From the NCBI GenBank assembly GCA_965287045.1, contig OZ336887.1:39742001-39806000 (forward strand): a stretch of DNA of 64,000 bases. Reading direction: 5' to 3'. The position numbers and the translations under genes are program-made. Each line of letters starts with the position of its first letter. Within the stretch, counting starts at the first letter, position 1. Source of the DNA: Carcharhinus amblyrhynchos. Taxonomy: Eukaryota. The notes below the pieces were generated by a model, which had not been told where the DNA came from, did not search any database, and saw only the letters and a program-made list of their open reading frames with translations. Positions 41,338-52,572 of this stretch are shown piece after piece.

Positions 41338-42075
41338 GCCTGGTAGTCTGCCCCTCTACCTACGCAACTAGGAATCCCTGGAGTGGGAGTGTGCGGTGCC
41401 TGAGGGCACTGTCAAGGCCTTCCCTGCTCATTGGCACCACAATTGGGGTGTACTGTCGACCCCTTTAATCACATTTTAGTTTGTTTTTTTAAGTTTCCTT
41501 TCTACCTTGGTTTTTCTTTCAGGCAGTTCCCTCCTTTTTGGAGGCTGCACTTCTTAATTTGTCCCTCAGTTAATTTGGTTTACTTTATTTGGTTAGTCAA
41601 AAAGATTGACACTATAGCCCTATGTATGCGTGATGTAATCTCAATCAATAACTGTGAATGGACAGAGATAACTCCTGTGTCTTGATTGGTCTCTGCTAAT
41701 TGTAATCGAGTTTGAAACTGTAACTGCTTGTGTATTTCTTGATTCTGTACTCCAACTGGCCTTGGTGACTGGAGTCGGAGTCCACTTGCTATTGTCTTTA
41801 ATAAATCATCTTTAACCCACTCTGTGATTTTCTTTGGCTATTTGGGAGTGGTAGCTTTAACTACTACAACAAACAAAACATCAAAGAAGTCTGGTAACAG
41901 CCTCTGTCCTTGTCTACCATTCCATGTTAGTCTGATTCATGAGCCGGACTCAAACTCTGTCAACCTCACTGCGTCACCCATAGATGATGTGGCGATGCCG
42001 GCGTTGGACTGGGGTAAACACAGTAAGAAGTCTCACAACACCAGGTTAAAGTCCAACCAGTTTATTTGATAGTAA

Positions 42076-42115
42076 ACTCACAAGCTTTCGGGGTTTGCCC
42101 CTTCGTCAGGTGAGT
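42076..42115 (-). ncRNA. Minimal type I hammerhead ribozyme motif (Penelope-associated)
   Basis: ACUCAC CUGACGA A GGGG-CAAA-CCCC GAAA GCUU GUGAGU: intact core, 6-bp helix I, 4-bp helix II, palindromic AGCU helix III. Confidence 0.8.
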
Positions 42116-42998
42116 GGGGAGTTCTGATCTCAAACAGAGCACATAAAAGGCACACACAGTTTACAGAATACTGATTAGAATACGAGTCTTTACAGCTAAC
42201 CTCCACTCAAGCCTTAAAGATGCAGACAATGTGAGTGGAAATAGCATTAAGCATAGGTTAAAGAGATGTGTATTGTCTCTAGACAGGACAGTAAGTGAGA
42301 TGTTGCAAGTTCAGTCAAGTCATGGGGATTACAGATCACAGCAAACTACCCAGCCTTCAGGAGAACAGTGACCACAACACCACACAACCCTGCCACAGCA
42401 ACCTCTGCAAGGCATGCTGGATCATCGACATGGATGACATCATCTCACATGAGAACACCATCCACCAGGTACATGGTACGTACTCTCGCAACTCTGCCAA
42501 CGTTGTCTACCTGATGCACTGCAGGAAAGGAAGCCCCGAAGCCTGGTACATTGGGAGACCATGCAGGTGCTACGACAACGGATGAATGAACATCACTCGA
42601 CAATCACCAGGCAAGACTGTTCCCTTCCTGTTGGCGAACACTTCAGCAATCATGGGCATTCAGTCTCTGATCTTCGGGTAAGCGTTCTCCAAGGCAGCCT
42701 TCACGACACACGACAGCGCAGAGTCGCTGAGCAGAGACTGATAGCCAAGTTCTGCACACACGAGCATGGCCTCAACTGGGATCTTGGGTTCATGTCGCAC
42801 TATCTGTAACCATGTCACTATCTGTACTGTCTGGAGACAATACATATCTCTTTAACCTATGCCAAATGCTAGCTCCACTCACATTGTCTACATCTTTAAG
42901 ACTTGAGTAGCAGGTTAGCTGTAAAGATTCGCATTCTAATCAGTAATCTGTAAACTGTGTGTGCCTTTTATGTGCTCTGCTTGAGACCAGAAGCTTCC

Positions 42999-43038
42999 AC
43001 TCACCTGATGAAGGGGCAAACCTCGAAAGCTTGTGGGT
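42999..43038 (+). ncRNA. Minimal type I hammerhead ribozyme motif (second copy)
   Basis: ACUCAC CUGAUGA A GGGG-CAAA-CCUC GAAA GCUU GUGGGU; differences from the other copy leave G-U pairs. Confidence 0.75.
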
Positions 43039-43135
43039 TTACTATCAAATAAACTGGTTGGACTTTAACCTGGTGTTGTGAGATTTCTTACTGTGTTTAC
43101 CCATACATGGCAGAAGAAAGAAACAAGGAACTTAC

Positions 43136-43517
43136 TCTGCTTCCTGGCCCTCGTCATGTTTAATCTTCTCCTCCACGGCCTGTAAAGCTGCTGCCAATGA
43201 GGCGCTGGTTTCCTCCAGCTTCAGTTGTGCTACTTCTGTGGTGGCCATCTCCGTGGACGACCCGGCTATCGAGGACCTCGGCGGCTTGACTGGGACCTGT
43301 TGTGGCTGACCTCCGGCGATCGGTTTAGCTGGGCTCGAACACAGGGACGGTGGTGTGCTTGCTGCTTTGATAGTTGGCTGTTTGGCAGGTGAGGGGACGG
43401 GAGTCGGGCCTGCGCTCAGGGACTGGAGAATGGTGTGGGGTTTGATGGGCTTGGGTGGAGTCAGAGGGGGAGGTAGGATTGGTTTCGGGGACACAGGGGG
43501 CGGGGCACGTTTCACTT
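43136..43517 (-). CDS. CASKIN1: CASKIN1 penultimate coding exon (proline-rich)
   Basis: ttcag|AA GTG AAA...GCA GA|gtaagt; [13 protein letters not shown]...[21 protein letters not shown]; phases 1 and 2 fit the neighbouring exons. Confidence 0.94.
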
Positions 43518-43674
43518 CTGAAATAAAGATGGACACAAATAATCATGTCAAAGTCACCATAAAGAGATCGCCCACCATAGTCCAACATAGCCAGATAATC
43601 ATCCCAGGACAAGATCTCATTGCTTAATGTATCTACAGATTTTTAAATCAAAATTTATCTACTAGAATCTAGGG

Positions 43675-44340
43675 AGGCACAGATTCGATACCAGCCTTGG
43701 GTCACTGTCTGTGTGGAGTTTGTACATTCTCTCCAGTTCTGCGTGGGTTTCCTCCGGATGCTCCGGTTCCTTCCGACAGTCTAAAGATGTGCAGGTTAGG
43801 TGAACTGGCCATGCTAAATTACCCCTCAGTGTCCAAAGATGAGTAAGTTGGGTGGATCAGCCATGGTAAAATTTATTTATCATTGTCACAAGTAGGCTTA
43901 CATTAACACTGCAATGAAGGTACCGTTAAAATCCCCTAGTCGCCACACTCCGATGCCTGTTCGGGTACAACGAGGGAGAATTTAGCATGGCCAATGTACC
44001 CAATCAGCGTATCTTTTGGACTGTGGGACGAAACTGGAGCACCCAGAGGAAACCCACACAGACACGGGGAGAATGTGCAAACTCTGCACAGTGTCTGAAG
44101 ATGGGAATTAAACCCAGATCCCTAGTGCTGTGAGGCAACAGTGCTAATCACTGTGCTGCCGTGCCACCCAACCATGGTAAGGCTTACATTAACACTGCAA
44201 TGAAGTTACTGTGAAAATCCCCCAGTCGCCACATTCTGGCCCCTGTTTGGGTACACTGTGGGAGATTTTAGTATGGCCAATGCACCTAACCAGCATGTCT
44301 TTCAGGTTGTGGGAGGAAACCCATGCAGACACGAGGGGAA
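43675..44340. mobile_element. V-SINE cluster: (+) 43675-43870, (-) 43875-44168, (-) fragment 44170-44340
   Basis: Typical V-domain sequences in opposite orientations. Confidence 0.85.
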
Positions 44341-45162
44341 CTCGTGTGGGGTCATGGGGATAGGCTGGGGAGATGGGCCTTGGTCGGATGCTCTTTTGGT
44401 CTCCCAGTATAAGATTTTGGATGGACATAAAGGCTCTGTGGTCACGTGTAAAAAACAAACACCTAAAATTGGCAAGTATACAGCTTATTCTTTGGGATTA
44501 ATTTATGACATCGATAAAAGTATCATACTGCCTTTGACATTTTACTGAGTTAAAATTAACATAACTGCATTCTCCCTTTAAATTCACAGGAATAAATCAG
44601 GCCATTGAGCAATGTGCTTCTGAAGGCTGACCTCGCCACTAGTGTATGCGTTGCAGCAATTAAATAGGCAAGGTGATAAAACCTATTCCTTTAAGCAGAG
44701 GAATTAGCTTGTTTCTCCTACTCATTCATGTGAAGGATCCTATTTATTGTCTCAGCCCCATTGTGCCCTTTGAAGATGGTGGTGGGCTTTCTTCTTGAAC
44801 CAACAGTGGTTCACTGGGCCATGTAAGAGAACAATTAAGACTCAAACATGTTGCTGTGGGATTGGAGTCAGGATAAAAATGGCAGATTTATTTAGGATAA
44901 TGTTGCAGCTATATAAAACCTTGGTTAGGCTGTATGTGTGAACTGAGATGAATGTGCAAAGCAGTCGATTACAAAGTTAGCCAATTCAAATTTTTACTAT
45001 TATGTATTGGAAGCATGATTGGTTGTTTTATATCCCAACAGCAATAAATAGATTTTGCCTCCCTTTCCTCCCCTAAAATGTTCCTCAAATCCTACTTTCT
45101 TGACCCAGCTTTTGGTCACCTGTCCTAATGTCCCACTGTGAGTATTGGTGTCAAATTCAGTA

Positions 45163-46135
45163 ACATAAGAACATAAGAAATAGGAGCAGGAGTAGGCCAT
45201 CTAGCCCTTCGAGCCTGCCCCGCCATTCAATAAAATCATGGCTGATCTGAAGTGAATCAGTTCCACTTTCCTGCCTGCTCCCCATAACCCTTAATTCCCC
45301 TTGTCTATCAGAAATCTATCTACCCATGACTTAAGCATATTCAATGAGGTAGCCTCCACCACTTCAATGGGCAGAGAGTTCCAGAGATTCACCACCCAAA
45401 GAACATTGAATAATGTCTTTTATTGTGCCAAAGGCACCATCATCATATCATAGAATCCCTACAGTGCAGAAGGAGGCCATTGGCCCATTGAGCCTGCATC
45501 TACTTGTTGACAGAGCATCCCACCCTGCTCCCATTCCCATAACCCCGCTAATCCCTCTAACCTACACATCTTGGGACACTAAGGGGCAATTTAGCATGAC
45601 CAGTCCGCCCAACCTGCACATCTTCGGACTGTGGGAGGAAACCAGAGCACCCAAAAAAAACCCACCAGGACATGTGGAGAACGTGCAAACTCCACATAGT
45701 CACCCGATGCTGGGAATTGAACTCAGGGCTGACAGCAGTGATAACCACTGTGCCACCATGCCGTCTCTACTACTGTGCCGCCCCCAGATGTAGCGATAAG
45801 GGCGGCATGGTAGCACACTGGTTAGCACTGCTGCTTCACAGCTCCAGGGACCTGCGTTCGATTCCCGGCTTGGGTCACTGTCTGTGTGGAGTTTGCACAT
45901 TCTCCTTGTATCTGCGTGGGTTTCCTCCGGGTGCTCTGGTTTCTTCCCATAGTCCAAAGATGTGTGGGTTAGATTGATTGGTCATGCTAAAATTGCCCCT
46001 TAGTGTCCTAAGGTGCGTAGGTTAGAGGGATTAGCAGGTAAATATGCAGGGACATGGGGGTAGGGCCTAGGTGGGATTGTGGTTGGTGCAGACTCGATGG
46101 GCCAAATGGCCTCTTTCTGCACTGTAGGGTTTCTA
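45163..46135. mobile_element. CR1 3' end (-) and head-to-head V-SINE pair: (-) 45446-45763, (+) 45800-46135
   Basis: cataagaacataagaaataggagcagg; two near-complete SINEs ~35 nt apart. Confidence 0.88.
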
Positions 46136-46802
46136 AGATGTAGCCAAGATGTTGTTATTGAATACAAATTCAAATATGTGCTACCGTGCTACCCATGATC
46201 ACCCTGGAGAATTGTATCTAATGCATGGTTCTGACGTGCGAGGGAAAAGTGACCTAACCACATGAAGGAGAATTTGATCTCACAGGATCCTTTTTAAATT
46301 CATTCATGAGATGCAAGCCTGGCTGACCAGCAGAGCATTTATTGCCCATCCCTAATTGCCCTTGAGAAGGTGGTGGTGAGCTGTCTTCTTGAACCCGCTG
46401 CAGTCCGTGTGCTATAGGAACACCCACATTGTTCAGAATTCCAACCCAGTGACAGTGAAGAAGATGAACCTGCAGGACTACAGGGATAGAGGTGGGAAAG
46501 AGGACTGACTGGATTCCTCCACAGTCACTGGCATGGGCCTGATGGGCCAAATGGTCTCATTCGGCGTCATAACTGGTTTTAGAACTATATACAGACTTGT
46601 TATCTTCCATTAAATAACTCTACTGGTGGGTGTTAGGATGGAGTGTTCAGCACCTTTTGCAATTTATCAGAACCTGAAGTAACCCGCGCCCATATACAGC
46701 ACGAGCTGAACATTATTAGGCTGATAAGTATCAAGTAATGCCCTGGCTGGGGTGGGGGTGGACCACTTTAGCATCCTTGAGAGGGAACAAAGGATATTTG
46801 CC

Positions 46803-47620
46803 AGCACGGTGACACGGTGGTTAGTGCTGCTGCCTCACAGTGCCAGGGATCCGGGTCTAATTCCAGCCTCAGATGACTGTGTGGAGTTTGCACATTCTCC
46901 GCATGTCTACGTGGGTTTCCTCAGTGCTCTGGTTTCCACCCACACACCAAAGAAGTGCATGTTAGATGGATTGACCATGGTAAAGTGCCCCTTAGTGTCC
47001 CAAGATGTGTAGGTTAGCTGGCGAGTGGGCAAGGTTACAGGGATTGGGCGGAGGGAAGATATCCCTTGGTAGGATATTCTTTCAGAGAATTGGTGCAGAG
47101 TTGAAGGGCTGAATGGCCTCTTTCTGCACTGTAGGGACTCTATGGTTCTATGGATTCTACGGTTCTCATGCAGATTACACCCCTGGAAGGGTGTAACGGT
47201 AGCATAGTACAGTGCCAGGGACCTGGGTTCGATTCCTGGCTTGGATCACTGTCTGTGCAGAGTCTGCACGTTCTCTCCATGTCAGCATGGGTTTCCTCCG
47301 GGTGCTCCGGTTTCCTCCCACAGTCTGAAAGACGTACTGGTTAGGTGGATTGGCCATGCTAAATTCTCCCTCAATGTACCCGAACAGCCGCTGGTGTGTG
47401 GCGACACTCCGGTGCCTGTTTGGGTACACTGGCGGAGAATTTAGCAAGGCCAGTGCACCTGACCGGCACGTCTTTTGGACTGTGGGAGGAAACCGGAGTA
47501 TCCGGAGGAAACCCAGGCAGACAACGTGCAGGCTTCACACAGACAGTTGCCCAAGCCGGGAATCGAACCCGGATCCGTGGAGCTGTGAGGCAGCAGTGCT
47601 AACCACAGTGTCACTGCCCG
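46803..47620. mobile_element. V-SINE cluster: (+) 46803-47160, (+) 47205-47397, (-) 47396-47620
   Basis: The last two are fused tail-to-tail at gtacccgaacag...ctgtttgggtac. Confidence 0.88.
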
Positions 47621-47730
47621 CGTACTGCCTTCCATCCCACTCTAGACTGGAGGGATGTTGGTGGATGGTGGGAGGCATGTGGGAGAGGATGTTAGCTGCT
47701 GCGTACTTCCAGGAAGATTGGAAAGTGTAC

Positions 47731-49974
47731 CTGGGCTTCCAGGACCTGGCAATGGAGACTTCTTGGTGCCGGCTGATGGCGGTCCGTGACGCTTCATGCC
47801 TGTTGGCTGAGCGAGCGAAGGTTTTGGAGACACTGGCGGTTTAACAGGCCTCTTTGTCTCTCCATCCGAAAGGTGGGAGGAATGCTCCCCGCTGTTTCTT
47901 CTGGGGATTTCTCCGACAGTCAAGAAGCTGGGATATGTCTCACCCCCGGTCATGTCTGACACGGGCCTTCTTTTGATGGTGCCCGTGCCATTCTGGAACA
48001 TGGCGTGGTGCTGGGCCTCCTGGGGAGATTCCAGCTGCTCCTTCTCCCTGCTTTTCGGTCGCCTCTTCACGGTGTTCGACTCCGTTAGGTGGAAGGCCAT
48101 GACTTCCTGCTGCTGGGTGGGCCTGGGCTTCCCTCTCCTCTTCAGCGTGCTGGTCAGCTCGAACGCGGTGAAGCCCGAGTACTGCTGTTTGATGGCCTCG
48201 GAGTTAACCTGGAGGTGGGGCAGGCATTCCGCCGTGTCGGGCTTCAGGGGCTGGCGTGGCCGTTGCTTTATCGTCAGGTTGCCTTCTTCAGCGAACGGCA
48301 AGTTCTCGGAGGAGCTGTTCCTGGACGGGCCGGCTTGGTCCACCTGGAGCCGATCCACGGCCGGCTCGGGCTCGGCCGCCGGTTTGCCGCTTTCGGGCTT
48401 GTCTTTCTTGGCAGCGGCGATCAGGCCGGTGACCGGTCCGCTGATCGTCCGCCTCCTGTTGATGATCTCGCCGTCTAGCCCGATCGCGTCCCGGGACCTG
48501 TCAAGCGGCCCCCGCTTCACCGTGGCCAGCACCGTGGCCACTCTGGAATGCTCCGAGCCGGCCGGCTGTATCATTTGGGCGTAGGAGACCCCGAGACCCC
48601 TCTCCGCCTTGAACGATCGGTGCAGGGTCAGCGCCCTGGCGCCGCCACCGATGGACGACATCTCCAGCATGGCAGCGATGCTCTTGACGCTGCCGGCGCT
48701 GCCCGTGTCCACCGTTCCCCCAAAGTCGCTGGCTCGCCGCTGCTCCTTAAACCTCACTTTGGCGTCAAAGTCCTTGGCAGCGCCCGCCTCCTTCTCCTTC
48801 GCCAGGTCGTCGGCCAGGTTGGTGCTGGATATGGCGGAGCTGGAGCGTTTCGGCGGGGGCGGGGGGGGCCCTTTCTTCTTCGGCCTCAGGGCGAACGACT
48901 GGCTGCGGTTGACGTTCTTGTCGGCGGCCGACTGGCCCCTCACCGAGTGACTCCGCGCCACGTGCCTCTGGATGGTGGCGTAAGGGCCGGCGTCCGGCAC
49001 GGCGAGCTCGTCCTTCTCCTGCTCGCTGTCCGACATGGCGTAGCGGCTCAAGCTGTGCGCCCGCTTCTTTGGCTTGGAGGCGTCCTCCTCGGACTCGTCC
49101 GTGTGCGGAGGGAGGCAAAGCACCGGGACGGAGACGGGCAAAACCGGGACGGCCTGGGCCAGCGGACTGGACGTGTGGCCGGGCCCCGTCATTCCTTCAC
49201 CTTCCACGGGCTGCGGGACCACGTAGGCGAAGCCTCTGTGTGTGGGGGACTGCGGCAGTGACCGCGGCGACATCGGCCGGTCTGTCTGTAGGAGCTGGGG
49301 GATGGGCTTCACTTTGGCCGTTGCCTGGGGGACATTCAGCGTCTGCGGAGAGGAAGGCCTGGCCTTGGTGGGCGTCTGCGGTGGGGTAAAGGTCGACATT
49401 GAGGCCATCGCTTGATGACTGTGGGAGAAGGTCTCCCTTGGCTTCCCCGGCGCTGGGGGTACACTTGCTCGTTGAACCCCTTGTCGGTGACTTCGCCTTG
49501 TGGGGCCGACTTGTTCTGTGATGACTGGCCGGTAGCTGGGGCCCTCCAGATTTTCCTGGCTCTTGGACAGAGCCGCTCTCTGTAGCTGGCTCCCTCCTCC
49601 TGCCACTTCTTGAGCAGTACCGTTCAGCTTCGTCTTGCCACCGCCACCATTGTCACTCTCCTGGACGCCTCTTTGTTGTTGGTACGCCGTGCCCTCTGGT
49701 GCCACGGCGGCATGGTTGGCCTGCCGCGGTTCTAGGCCGTCCTTGGCATCGCCAGCACTGGTCATGGCAGCTTGAAGCTCATTGCTCAGCTCACTGTCTT
49801 GGAAGGTGGACATCTTGGGAGACTGGCACTCAGCATTTTCACCCTGAGGAGATTCTATCGCCACAATCTCCAGGGACTGGGGAGCTTTCTTCTTCAGAGT
49901 GCCAGAGTCATAGCGGCTAGCTCGCTGGATTTCAGCCAGTTTCTTCACAGCCAGCATAAACTTCTTTTGATGGC
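47731..49974 (-). CDS. CASKIN1: CASKIN1 giant (2244 nt) exon: end of SAM2 plus proline-rich disordered region
   Basis: ctgtag|GC CAT CAA AAG AAG...AGC CCA G|gtacac; GHQKKFMLAVKKLAE..., NVNRSQSFALRPKKKGPPPPPPKRSSS, GSVKSIAAMLEMSSIGGG, RRRTISGPVTGL, LPFAEEGNLTIKQRP are Caskin1 hallmarks. Confidence 0.96.
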
Positions 49975-50099
49975 CTACAGGGACAAAAATACCAAGTTAA
50001 TGTCCAGATATATCAACATCAATTACAGAGAACCACCCACCCCCTCAACCTTAAACAGTGATTCAGTACAGGACAGGTCGAATGCTTTGGTATGTTCCA

Positions 50100-51410
50100 T
50101 CCCTCTTTCTGTCTCTGTCTCTCTCTGTCTCTCTCACTCTCTCTGTCAGTCTGTCTCTCTCTTTCTCTCTGATACTCTGCCCCCCTCTGTCTGTCTTTCT
50201 CTCTGATGCTCTGTTTTTCTCTCTCAGACTCTCTCTATCTCTCCCACTCTGTCTAACTCATTCTGTTTATATCTGTCTTTCTTTCTGTCTTAATATGTCT
50301 CTATCTCTCTGTCATCTCTCTTTGTCTCTATCTAACTCTCTCTATGTCTCTTTTCCTGTCTCTGGCTCTCTATCTCANNNNNNNNNNNNNNNNNNNNNNN
50401 NNNNNNNNNNNNNNNNNNNNNNNNNNNNNNNNNNNNNNNNNNNNNNNNNNNNNNNNNNNNNNNNNNNNNNNNNNNNNNNNNNNNNNNNNNNNNNNNNNNN
50501 NNNNNNNNNNNNNNNNNNNNNNNNNNNNATCCTTCTGTCTCTCTCTCATTTGCTCTGCCTCTCATTATCTATCTCCCTCTCTCCCTCTGTCTCCCTCTCT
50601 CCTTCTCTCTATTTCTGTGTGTATCTCTCTCTCTCCTCGGTCTCTCTCTCTCTGCCTTTTCTCAGCCTCTCTCTGTCTCTGTCTCCCTCTGTTTCTCACT
50701 CTTTGTCTTTCTCTATCTCTCCATCTCTTTTTTGTCACTTTCTGTCTCTCTCTCTGTCTCTCTCCATCTCTGTTTCACTCTCTATCTTTCTATGCCTCTC
50801 TCTGTCCCTTTCTCTCTCTCTCTCTCTCTGTCTCTTTCCTTCACTGTTTCACTCTGTCATAAGAACATAAGAAATAGGAGCAGGAGTAGGCCATCTCGCC
50901 CCTCGAGCCTGCCCCGCCATTCAGTAAGATCATGGCTGATCTGAAGTGGCTCAGTTCCACTTTCCCGCTTTCTCCCCATAACCCTTAATTCCCTTGCCTA
51001 CCAAAAACCTATCTACCCGCGTCTTAAATATATTTAGCAAGGTAGCCTCCACCACTTCAACGGGCAGAGAATTCATAAGAACATAAGAAATAGGAGCAGG
51101 AGTAGGCCATCCAGCCCTTCGAGCCTGCTCCGCCATTCAATAAGATCATGGCTGATCTGTCGTGGCTCAGTTCCACTTTCCCGCCTTCTCCCCATCACCC
51201 TTAATCCCTTTGCCTATCAAAAGCCTATCTACCCGCGTCTTAAATATATTTAGCTCTCCCTCTCTCTTTCTCCATCACTTTGTCTCACTCTCTGCGTCTC
51301 TCCCCTTCTCTGTTTCACTCTCTCTGTCTCTCTCCTTCTCTCTCTGTCTGTCTCTCTCAGTCCCTCCTTCCCTCTCTCTATCACTTTCTGTTTCACTCCC
51401 TCTCTCCTCC
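50100..51410. repeat. Degenerate (CT)n microsatellite region containing a gap and two tandem CR1 3' ends (50858-51253, minus)
   Basis: tctctctgtc-type low complexity; two consecutive cataagaacataagaaataggagcaggagtaggccatc units. Confidence 0.9.
50378..50528. other. Assembly gap (151 N)
   Basis: Run of n. Confidence 0.99.
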
Positions 51411-51914
51411 TTTTGCAGCATTTTTCAATTAAGATTTCTTCAGCTAATTCTCTGGAATGAAACACTTTTTGAATGTCACAAATCTCACAAAACTGTCAAT
51501 GGGAAAAGTTAAAGCTTTGATTTTGATTTTAGTTTTTAAGCTAAAATATATTCAACAGGTCAAAAATTCTTTGTTTTCTATATTGTTTCAGATTTGCTGT
51601 GTTTTGCAATTTGAGACCTTTGATTGTAATTTGAACATTATCCGCTGTGAAAGAAAGCTCTTTCAATCTGACAAAAGTGATGCATGGAACTCTTGTTTAA
51701 ACAGAGGGACTGACAACTTGACACTAATCGAGTGAGTGCTTGGGAGAAAGAGCAGACAAAGCAATGTGACACAATACTTTCAAAATATTTGAATACTCAG
51801 AGGGCCTGGCTGTAATCAGGCCTGGATTAAACGGGATGGTCAGATGTTGCCTAAGGCTCTGCAGACCTAACTTTCAGCTGTTCAACTGATCTCTCTTCAT
51901 AGTGTTTCACACTG

Positions 51915-52570
51915 AAACTGTAACCTGTCAGTAACTTCACCCTGTCTATAACTGTAACCTGTCTACAACTAAAATCGGTCTAGAACTGAAACCTGTCTGT
52001 AACTTCACCCTGTCTGTAACTGTAACATGTTTGTAACTGTAACCTGCCTATAACTGTAACCTGTCTGTAACTATAATCTGGCTGTAACTGTAACCTGCCT
52101 GTAACTGTAACCTGTCTATAACAGTAACCTGCCTGTAACCGTAACCTGCCTGTAACTGTAATGTGGCTGTAAACTGTAACCTGTCTGTAACTGTAATCTG
52201 ACTGTAACAGTAACCTGTCTATAACTGTAACCTGCCTGTAATTATAATCTGGCTGTAACTAACCTGTCTGTAACTGTAACCTGTCTGTAACTGTGACTTC
52301 TGTAACTTCACCCCATCTATAACTGTGACCTATCTGTAATTTCACCGTCCATAGCGTTAACCTGTCTGTAACTGTAACATGTTTGTAACTGTAACCTGTC
52401 TATAACTGTAACCTGCCTGTAACTGTAATCTGGCTGTAAACTGTAACGTGACTGTAACTGTAACCTGTCTACAACTGTAATTTGGCTGTAACTGTAACCT
52501 GCCTGTAACTGTAACCTGGCTGTAACTGTAAGCTGTAACTACAAACTATCTGTCACTTCACCCTGTCTAT
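51915..52570. repeat. ~17-bp minisatellite (aactgtaacctgtctgt)n
   Basis: Dozens of degenerate units; a few more follow the SINE at ~52885-52910. Confidence 0.92.
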
Positions 52571-52572
52571 TT

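Larger units (their letters stand above)
41985..43102 (+). mobile_element. Penelope-like element: inverted terminal repeat, GIY-YIG endonuclease remnant, terminal repeat
   Basis: PCHSNLCKAC...NVVYLMHCRKG..AWYIG / LRQRMNEH...PVGEHF..HGHS...EQRLIAKF...GLN (frameshifted); 42012-42337 is the reverse complement of 42802-43102. Confidence 0.92.

Noticed and set aside
45800-45875. tRNA-like sequences with A/B boxes (here and in many copies)
   Set aside because: These are SINE heads continuing into the V domain, not stand-alone tRNA genes
47952-49389. Long plus-strand ORFs (210, 237, 129 aa and others) antisense to CASKIN1
   Set aside because: Shadow ORFs expected in GC-rich coding DNA; no recognisable domains or splice signals
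50058-50870. 270-aa Ser/Leu-rich ORF
   Set aside because: Translation of a CT microsatellite across an N gap
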